Assembly (NCBI GenBank): GCA_951406725.2
Contig: OX597814.1
Coordinates: forward strand, 98,270,001-98,334,000
Direction: 5' to 3'
DNA from: Octopus vulgaris
Taxonomy: Eukaryota
DNA length: 64,000 bases
Shown: piece by piece, positions 54,232 to 64,000 of the stretch
Numbering within the stretch: position 1 is the first letter of the stretch
Layout of the letters: every line of letters starts with the position of its first letter
Notes under the pieces: model-generated
The model's database searches: none
Told to the model about the DNA's origin: nothing
Seen by the model: only the letters and a program-made list of their open reading frames with translations
Translations under genes and position numbers: made by a program

Positions 54232-54520
54232 AACTGGAGGATTTTAATGTTAGGGATGAAACAGACTGGCAAACAAAGAGCTCTCTTAGGCATTTCAGTG
54301 TGGAGAATATGAATAGCGAAGGTATAATGCTCTTAGATCTTTGCGATGAATATGATCTTTGCATTGCAAGCACTCTTTGCACAAAGGTGATGGCACAATA
54401 ACATGAATACACCCGAGAGCTAAGGTTTGACACTTGGATTATATTACCATCCGCAAACATATCTGACATTTTTAATGCCAAGTCTGTTCATGGATCGGAG
54501 TGCTGGAAAGACCACTGAAA
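54232..54520 (+). mobile_element. RTE-type LINE AP-endonuclease fragment
   Basis: DFNVR...ENMNSEGIMLLDLCDEYDLCIAST...T*IHPR...HLDYII. Confidence 0.75.
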
Positions 54521-55078
54521 ATACTAATTGATTTGCCCGGAATGCTAACGGGTCTGCCAGCCCGTCGCCCTAAAATTTGAAACCATTATTAAAAACATTA
54601 AAAGGGTATTGAGCTTTACTTGGATAATCGAAAATTTAAATTGCATTAATTATTGCTTATATATTCAAACTTCAAGAGAGGAAACATGATCCAATCTTAC
54701 ACAAAATAGTGTTTAATCGCGTTGGCTGAAAAATTCTTTTGTAGAAAAAAATGAAAATAAACATCAAGTTTACCATCAAATATTTCACCTGATGAGAAAT
54801 CGAAATCCGTCCGCAAACTTTGTTCAGCAGTAAAGTATTTTAAAATGAGCTTTTGCTTATTAATGTGCGCGCCAGTAGAAATATTATTATTGTCTAAGAA
54901 TAATCGAATTGCCATACCGAATCATTAAATTAAGTTTTACGGTAATCGGAGTACATCAAGAACTCCATTCTCTTTCCTCATTTCTACTGTTTGAAAAATG
55001 AAATGCGAGATATTTAATGCCTTACAATAAGCATCGTTAAACACAGATTAGGGACTTACAACTCATTATAAGCCTACA

Positions 55079-55184
<106 letters not shown>

Positions 55185-55715
55185 TGAAACGGAAAATATC
55201 TGAAACTTTAGTGAATATCGATCGATAGACGATTGTAAATTATTGATGCAGACGTTCCTATAAATAAAAAATGTTAAAATATATTGTTATATATCATCTG
55301 ATAAAACTGTTTACTTACTTGAAAAGAATCCCTTCAACTGAAATTAACTTGATGGTTTTCCAATCTAACCTATCATTTTTTTACAGAAAACAGAAGCAGC
55401 ACGAAATTCCCTTCAGAGCTCATTCTTTAGATGGTTAAGGAAGATATTTCTATCAGCGCGCACATTAAGTAGCAACAAGATCATTTTGAAATACTTTTCT
55501 GTTGTAGAGAGTCTGCGAGTCGATTTCGATTTTTCATTGTCGTTATTATATTATGCTAACGGCGATAGTAATTTTGAAATACGCGAAAATGACTTATGAT
55601 TTGTCTATACACAGAAAAGAAAATCGATATGTATGTCTCATGTTTATACGTATATATGCATGTATATATGTATGTAACCCTGCAAATATATATATGTATG
55701 CGTGTATATTATGTA

Positions 55716-55750
<35 letters not shown>

Positions 55751-55905
55751 CACACATACATATATATACATATATATATACATATATATATATATACATA
55801 CATACATACATATATGTATGTATATATATATATATATATATACTAGCTGAAGGTGACCCGCTCTACGCGCGGGTAAGAGTGTGGTATATATATATAAATG
55901 TATAC

Positions 55906-55973
<68 letters not shown>

Positions 55974-56849
55974 CAGATATATGCACTTTGTATATATAAA
56001 AATTATTATATATACATATTTATATATAGATACACACACATATATAAATTAACCCAATAAATATCTGATTCATAATATTTGTTGTCATGATTGAGTGGTT
56101 GTGTTGGCGATGATAATTCTCTCTATGAATGCAGACAGACGTAGAGAGTGAGAGTGTGTGAAAGCGCTGTGGAAGGCAGGGAGGGGGGATAACGGACGCT
56201 GTGAAACGACGTTATAAAGAGAAAGTGAATGTAAGGTAGGTAGACGCTGTGAAACGACGTTATAGATAGAACGTGAAAGGAAGGGAGAAAAGTGAGTGAG
56301 TGATGGAGGAAGACAGATATATAAAAGAATGAGAGTGTTGGATGTTTTGTTTGTTGGACCAATGTATTAAGGTAGTATTGTTTTATTGTTTTAAAACGAA
56401 AGAGGCAATGTGTTTGTTTCAAAAATTAAAGCATCTGTAATAGTGAATGAAATTAGAATTCACACCCAGCTCAGTTTTGTAGAAAGAGTATCACGATGTG
56501 AACTCATGAGTTGGGAGTTTGACTGAGAGAGTTTATATGGTGACACATGCCAGTCCTTTCGACACCACCTAAACAATGGAATAGTGTATAAAATGTAATT
56601 AACAACTCATTCACTTTATGAATGTCTTATGTTAGCGAAGAAACAATAACTTGACAAAACCGTTTAATGGAGACGTAGAAGGAATCGGAAAATGAGGAAT
56701 AAAGAGAATGAGTTGGATCAAATGTTTGCAAACATCTGAACCCAACGTTCTTTATGAACCATGTTCTTTTTAATGTCTTTATTTTCAAGAATGAAGAGAT
56801 AATGAAGAGGTGCAAAATAAAAAATCAAGCAAAATTTCATGACTTACAA

Positions 56850-57200
56850 TCAGTTTTCTTTTGTCAGAGCCTCCTGATAAACCACGTTCCTTGTGCGCTC
56901 ATGATTGCCAAGAATGAAGAGTTTATGTGGATTTCCAACTCGAGAACAGGCTACGTACAATTGACCATGACTGAAAACAGGTTGTGACAGGTTAATGCCT
57001 ACAATGTCCAGTGATTGTCCCTGTGATCTGTTGATTGTCATCGCGAAGCATAGTTTTATCGGAAATTGAAAGCGTTTAAACTGAATGGGAACATCAGAGG
57101 GTGAAATACTCATTTTAAGTATCATTTTGATTGTTCCTACAAATGGTCCACTCAAAATTTCAGCAGTTATAACATGGCTTTGAATCCTCCTAATAACCAT
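56850..57200 (-). pseudogene. Helitron PIF1-like helicase C-terminus
   Basis: FKRFQFPIKLCFAMTINRSQGQSL...VFSHGQLYVACSRV (SF1 motifs V and VI). Confidence 0.93.
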
Positions 57201-57218
57201 TTATATATATAACCATAG

Positions 57219-57254
<36 letters not shown>

Positions 57255-57258
<4 letters not shown>

Positions 57259-57320
57259 CTATAAATCTCACTAAAACTAAAGAGGCGACCCAGTGACGGA
57301 GAGAGTGAGGAGAAAAGTTA

Positions 57321-57367
<47 letters not shown>

Positions 57368-57520
57368 AACTATGAATCTCACTAAAACTAAAGAGGCGAC
57401 CCGAGTGATAACGGCGAGAGTGAGAAAAGTTACGAAATATATATATATATATATATTCTAACTATGATCTCAATCTAAAACTAAAGAGGCGTCGACGGGA
57501 GAGAGTGAGGAGAAAAGTTA

Positions 57521-57559
<39 letters not shown>

Positions 57560-58082
57560 ATGAATCTCGATCTAAAATTAAAGAATGGCGTTTCATACAA
57601 GCATATTAAAAGGCGACGGGAGAGAGTGAGGAGAAAAGTTACGCATATATATATATATATATATATATATAGCATCACAGAGAAGGTGACCCAATCCATA
57701 GTGCACATATGAATTTCCAGAGATATGATGAGGGATTACATACTCACAGAAAGCAAATTTATCCATTGTTAATTACAACGAGGTGGGTTTCAATTCCTGC
57801 TTATTAGCATTACAGAGAGGGTGAATTAATCCTTTGTATAGATGCACAATTTCCAATGGTGTAGGTGTAAATTTCCAAGGAATTTCATATTCACAGGCGA
57901 TAAATTTATCAATGGTTGAACACAATGAGGTAGGTATCAAATCTTGCTATATGATTAGGTATTTGCCACATTAATCACATTACTGCTATTTACAAGAGTA
58001 ATATATATATATATATATCTAACTATGAATCTCGATCTAAAACTAAAGAGGCGGCGACGGTAGAGAGTGAGGAGAAAAGTTA

Positions 58083-58121
<39 letters not shown>

Positions 58122-58183
58122 AACTATGAATCTCGATCTAAAACTAAAGAGGCGGCGACGGGAGAGAGTGAGGAGAAAAGTTA

Positions 58184-58248
<65 letters not shown>

Positions 58249-58312
58249 CTAACTATGAATCTCGATCTAAAATTAAAGAGGCGGCGACGGGAGAGAGTGA
58301 GGAGAAAAGTTA

Positions 58313-58363
<51 letters not shown>

Positions 58364-58423
58364 CTATGAATCTCGATCTAAAATTAAAGAGGCGGCGCCG
58401 GGAGAGAGTGAGGAGAAAAGTTA

Positions 58424-58456
<33 letters not shown>

Positions 58457-58516
58457 CTATGAATCTCGATCTAAAACTAAAGAGGCGTCGACGGGAGAGA
58501 GTGAGGAGAAAAGTTA

Positions 58517-58577
<61 letters not shown>

Positions 58578-58637
58578 CTATGAATCTCGATCTAAAACTA
58601 AAGAGGCGTCGACGGGAGAGAGTGAGGAGAAAAGTTA

Positions 58638-58688
<51 letters not shown>

Positions 58689-58750
58689 AACTATGAATCT
58701 CGATCTAAAACTAAAGAGGCGTCGACGGGAGAGAGTGAGGAGAAAAGTTA

Positions 58751-58789
<39 letters not shown>

Positions 58790-58851
58790 AACTATGAATC
58801 TCGATCTAAAACTAAAGAGGCGTCGACGGGAGAGAGTGAGGAGAAAAGTTA

Positions 58852-58903
<52 letters not shown>

Positions 58904-58963
58904 CTATGAATCTCGATCTAAAACTAAAGAGGCGGCGACGGTAGAGAGTGAGGAGAAAAGTTA

Positions 58964-59006
<43 letters not shown>

Positions 59007-59068
59007 AACTATGAATCTCGATCTAAAACTAAAGAGGCGGCGACGGTAGAGAGTGAGGAGAAAAGTTA

Positions 59069-59107
<39 letters not shown>

Positions 59108-59169
59108 AACTATGAATCTCGATCTAAAACTAAAGAGGCGGCGACGGGAGAGAGTGAGGAGAAAAGTTA

Positions 59170-59240
<71 letters not shown>

Positions 59241-59302
59241 AACTATGAATCTCGATCTAAAACTAAAGAGGCGGCGACGGGAGAGAGTGAGGAGAAAAGT
59301 TA

Positions 59303-59341
<39 letters not shown>

Positions 59342-59403
59342 AACTATGAATCTTGATCTAAAATTAAAGAGGCGGCAACGGGAGAGAGTGAGGAGAAAAG
59401 TTA

Positions 59404-59460
<57 letters not shown>

Positions 59461-59529
59461 CTATGAATCTCGATCTAAAACTAAAGAGGCGTCGACGGGA
59501 GAGAGTGAGGAGAAAAGTTACGCATATAT

Positions 59530-59604
<75 letters not shown>

Positions 59605-59670
59605 ATGAATCTCGATCTAAAACTAAAGAGGCGTCGACGGGAGAGAGTGAGGAGAAATGTTACGCATATA
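57255..59670. repeat. Satellite of about 19-20 units: ~66-bp constant block plus variable (TA)n
   Basis: Unit taactatgaatctcgatctaaaactaaagaggcg(g/t)cgacgggagagagtgaggagaaaagttacgc(at)n. Confidence 0.95.
57670..58000 (+). mobile_element. Fragment of the 13120-14022 element family inside the satellite
   Basis: 57670-57887 is near identical to 13396-13613. Confidence 0.9.
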
Positions 59671-59674
59671 TATG

Positions 59675-61130
59675 GCGACTGATAACACTGTGCCACACAT
59701 AAGAATGCTTTATACATGCATTAACCTCATCGGCTCTAGTGCCTGCTCGGACAACAGGAAGAGTTTGTCGAAAATCTCCTGCCATGAGAAACGTAGCTCC
59801 ACCCATTATTTTTGTATTGTGACGCAAATTTGTTGGAGAGTTCTGTCAAGAGCCTCAAACAATTACTCATTGTAGCCTCATCCCAAATAAAAAGACTGCA
59901 TTCACGAAGAGTCTTGCTCTTGAGGAACTACGATCTATATTACATATAGGATTATCTTTCTTTCCAATGTCCATGGGCAATTTGAATGCACCATGTGCCG
60001 TACGGCCGCCTTGAAGCAGTGTCGCTGCAATACCACTTGAGGCACATGCAATGACAAATCGACGTTCAGCGCGCAGCTTTGCGAGAATCAAATTGATAAC
60101 GAAAGTTTTACCAGTACCACCTGGAGCATTCAAAAAGAACAGCTTTCCTTGGTTCAATCTAACGCTGTCAATAATTTCATTATAAATCTCTCTTTGTTCG
60201 TGCAAAAGTCTTGGTTCATCTCGCGTACTTGTTTCCGTCAATTCGGCAACGTTGTAGTTTTTTTCTGACATGTATTCAACATCCAAAGGCGCTTCATGAT
60301 GGACAGGTGTTGGCAGATGGAATTCACTTAAACCGCGTATAACATAGCGTCTGATGTGTCTGTCCATGTCGATTAATGCCTCATTATAAACATCGTCGTT
60401 GCCATCACGTAGCGCTAAATTAGCCTGTATGTCCTTTGATAGGCTCTGTCTGAACGATTCCCAAAGGTTAAAAGGGTTGCTGGGATTACAGTGGATTAAT
60501 ATGCTACAAAACAATCGACGCATTTGCCATGGCAGTTTACAATTTGAGGCCTCTGCTAATGTCCTGTGTAAGTGGTCGTCATTGAGAAGAAGTCCGCGCC
60601 TCAAACATGCTTCCCTGTAAGTGGCGCAGATGATACCATCATCCGTGCGAAGATCAGCAAAAGACTTTCGTCCAGTAACTACATGAAGTAGCATTCTCAA
60701 AGAGATTTCCTGTTTGGTAGGATGAATATTATACACACGTCCAATGACGTTCTTCCTAGAAACACCGGGCCAATTGTCAAGTTCTGTTCCATGTGACCTG
60801 CGCTTCCAATTATTATTGTTGTATGTGTAATATTCCGGTACTTCAGGGTAAATGAGAGTAGCAGCAAACTCATCAACTGAACACAATTTAAAAAATGCTG
60901 TAAGCGTAGTCCCTTTTGGATTTTCAATGACTTGACGTGCATGTTTCTCTGTGAAGTAAACCAGCTGTCTCTTCTGTAAATGAACATTCAGGTGGAAAAC
61001 TGATGGTGAGCTTAGATGAATCTCGTATCCAAAAATGCGCCACGCTGCATAATTGTACATACCTACCGAAAACGTTGTGCGGCCACACCAAAACACGGCC
61101 ATATCATCGCCCTTATTAATGTACTTGGGT
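59675..61130 (-). pseudogene. Helitron RepHel fragment (post-Rep region, helicase motifs I-III)
   Basis: AAWRIFGYEIH, TTLTAFF, TYREAC..RGLL..D, APGGTGKTF (Walker A), ASSGIAATLLQGGRTAH, then frameshifted GDFRQTLPV. Confidence 0.95.
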
Positions 61131-61383
61131 CACATCTCACCGAACTGAGTAAACATTAATGTGTGCATTAAATGTTTTGACAAAGGAAAATGAATCAACA
61201 TATTTTGCAATGTAAACATGATTTGTTTTAATGTAGAAGAAAGATTGTCATGATTGTATGTTGGTGGTGGCGATGATAATTATCATTAGGAAAAACATAA
61301 GTTGTGGCGATGATAATTCTAGACCCCTTTTCACATTTTGATGAAGAGAACCCGATTTCATTCGGGTCTACTGGGGCCACATA

Positions 61384-61431
<48 letters not shown>

Positions 61432-61522
61432 CGCTGTAGAAATTAAATTAGGGATAAAACCACTAATAGGGAAATGAAACAGTAAAAAAATAAAAACATA
61501 AAACTATAATATTAGATATATG

Positions 61523-61553
<31 letters not shown>

Positions 61554-61957
61554 TGACAGGTAGACAATAGAATGCGATGGCGATGGGGATGGCGATGTAA
61601 TATTTGTTACTGTCTATGAACGCTGATAGATACATGAGTAAAATGTATGGGAAGCTAAGAGATAAGAGTGAGTGAAAATGTTCTTGGAAGAGAGTAAATA
61701 GCGAGAGAGTGATTTGAGGAAGACTTTACATTAAATAACGGTAGTTGCATTGTCAAATGGAGAGGAGTGAGAGGGTACTGGAGGAAATAGGGTGAGTGAG
61801 GAAGATGGCCCCTAGCAACCACACCTTTTAAGATAGGGATTTCTAAGGTAGCCCACAAGCATTGTCACCTCATTCTACATGTCCCTGTAAATTTTGGAGC
61901 GAATCGGACGGGATGTAGTGGCATTGAAAGCGATCCAAGCGGTAAAAACGCATTTCA

Positions 61958-62027
<70 letters not shown>

Positions 62028-62088
62028 CATACATATATGTATATATATATATATACATACATACATATATGTATATATATATATATAT

Positions 62089-62729
62089 AAAATAAGAAAA
62101 TGGAGGAATAGATTTCTTTCAGTCATCAACTACCAGATAATACCAATTCATATAATTTATTAACTAATTATTTAGATTAAATAGGAACATCCAAATCCAA
62201 CAGAATAATACAGAATAAAACAATATACATCAATAAGTAAAATAATACCATAAGAATAATACATATAAAATGGATCTTACAGCTGTTTAAGCCTGTAGAT
62301 AATAGTATCTCATTATGTATATATGTATATATGCTTATTCTTGTATATGTGTACCTTCTTTAATATTCATATTTGCATTTTATATCTTCATTTTATATCT
62401 TTATAATTATACTTTGCAATCTCTGACTAGGCCTTGAGATATATCTATAAGTAACTCATTTTTAATTATATATTACCTCAATACATCTGACTAATATGAG
62501 CATAATGAGATACTATTATCTACAGGCTGAAACAACTGTAAGATCCATTTTATATGTATTATTCTTATGGTATTATTTTACTTATTGATGTATATTGTTT
62601 TATTCTGTATTATTCTGTTGGATTTGGATGTTCCTATTTAATCTAAATAATTAGTTAATAAATTATATGAATTGGTATTATCTGGTAGTTGATGATTGAA
62701 AGAAATCTATTCCTCCATTTTCTTATTTT
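62089..62729. mobile_element. Fold-back element with 229-bp inverted arms
   Basis: 62089-62317 is the reverse complement of 62501-62729 with few mismatches. Confidence 0.9.
62419..62544 (+). ncRNA. Hammerhead motif with ~90-nt loop II and G8 changed to U
   Basis: atct CTGACTA ggcct...aggct GAAA caact GTA agat. Confidence 0.55.
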
Positions 62730-62902
62730 GTATTATGAATTTGAGGTAAAGCATTTAACCTTCGCCCATATAATACAATAAATGAATGAATTGCATTGCA
62801 ATTCTTAGCATTTATGTATTAGCCTTTCTGGGTACTTTACTGGCAGTATATTGGATAAATGATATCCCATAGTGGGTTACACTCATAACCCCTATCTCAC
62901 TT

Positions 62903-62959
<57 letters not shown>

Positions 62960-62964
<5 letters not shown>

Positions 62965-64000
62965 GACAACTGCTTATGATGTGGCTGATATTCTCAGTGT
63001 GAACTCCACAAAGTCTGCATCGGTTGTCACCTTTTACGGTTTTTCCCGTATCTCTATCCCTTTTGTGGATCAGGTACTTGGTTAATATTTCCTGTTCATG
63101 GATTGCAAACGCATACCATTCAAAGTGGGATGTAGTAATCCGGCTGTTGGTCCATGATAAACTGCTTTGATGATTGCTGTTACTATCATCACGGAACTTT
63201 CTAACAACATATCCATGCATAATCTTTTGCTCATATAGGTTCATCCTTTCATCTGATGATACGTTGCTGTAGGGTCGGGCGACTTCTTTGGGCATGTATT
63301 CTAGACAAAGAGTGTTGCTCAAGGAGCTGTCTCCTAAGCGTTATGATGTTATCAGTCTCATGCATGCAAACTTGGTCAAGAGACTCTTGGTGGTTAAAAG
63401 ATGTTGCCGAAGAGATATGATGCGACATTCAAAGGCATTTAGGCTCGATGTTAAGCCTCCGCCGCCTTGTTTACGTTTTTGGTAGAGATGGTCTACATTA
63501 TGTGTGCCTGTTAGTATTTTTCGGTTTTCACATCAGTGGCTCGGAGCTCATCGAGCGTCCAATCAAGCAGCCCAAGTATTGGTATGAATACTGTCACTGC
63601 AAACACATTGTGGGCCACTGTTTTATTAAATGCAGAGAGTTCTGAGGTCTAAAGTTTCTTTATTCGGCTGTAATATTCTTTAGTGACACGTGTCTTGCTG
63701 CAGGTACCGTTGTAAGTTATATTTTCATCGAACCCCCCTAGATACCTGTAATATTCCAAGTCAGATACAGGGGAAACAGTCAAATCCTTGATGGAGATAT
63801 TACTAGTCTAGTTTATAGTTTTCCCCTTTTCACAACCACATAACAACATTTATCCTGACCAAACTCCAGCCCTAAATCCTTTGAGAATGTTTTAACAAGG
63901 TCAATGCTCTTTTTCATCTCATGGATATCCTTTGCATAAAGTTTTAAGTCATCCACAAAGAAACAGTGTGTAATTTTGGTATTTCTGTTTCCTTGTGAGC
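62960..64000 (-). mobile_element. R4/Dong-type LINE remnant (RT to zinc knuckle), runs off the window
   Basis: ITHCFFVDDLKLYA...FSKDLGLEFGQDKC, VDHLYQKRKQGGGGL, SHFEWYAFAIHEQEI, CRLCGVHTENISHIISSCP. Confidence 0.9.

Larger units (their letters stand above)
55843..61965 (-). mobile_element. Decayed autonomous-type Helitron, interrupted by a satellite
   Basis: 3' hairpin acccgc-tctac-gcgcgggt with CTAG at 55843; RepHel fragments inside; probable 5' end (tatataaaactgaaatgcg) merges into (TA)n near 61965. Confidence 0.85.

Noticed and set aside
54783-54815. CTGATGAG aaat C GAAAT cc GTC hammerhead-like string
   Set aside because: No stem I pairing (ttcac vs cgcaa) and stem II is too short.
57255-59670. 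CRISPR-like look (constant repeat with variable spacers)
   Set aside because: Spacers are only (TA)n, the repeat is ~66 bp, there are no cas genes, and the context is eukaryotic.
58255-59702. 178-aa and 302-aa repeat ORFs with an NLS-like KLKRRRRER
   Set aside because: The frame changes with (TA)n length from unit to unit; a by-product of the satellite.
59867-61102. Host PIF1 helicase gene
   Set aside because: It has Helitron-specific upstream motifs, frameshifts, no introns and a Helitron 3' terminus at 55843.

Overview
AT-rich, repeat-saturated eukaryotic DNA. The SINE families and the (TA)n, (CA)n and (TATC)n landscape look like an octopus or other coleoid genome (inferred). I can support no host protein-coding exon: the supplied ORFs are microsatellite translations or decayed transposon pieces. 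Recognisable elements are a Tc1 transposon with TIRs, two Helitron RepHel remnants plus non-autonomous Helitrons, several R4/Dong-type LINE fragments, an RTE-type endonuclease fragment, three tRNA-derived SINE families, MITEs and many Penelope-like element (PLE) remnants. The main hidden signal is about 20 minimal type-I hammerhead ribozyme motifs on both strands, all folded by eye. Many sit in non-coding fold-back elements of 190-900 bp lodged in (TA)n tracts. Besides the canonical CUGANGA core (C3-G8), the window holds compensatory core variants GUGAACA (G3-C8) and UUGAAAA (U3-A8, in two unrelated families). A standard CUGANGA search would miss these.
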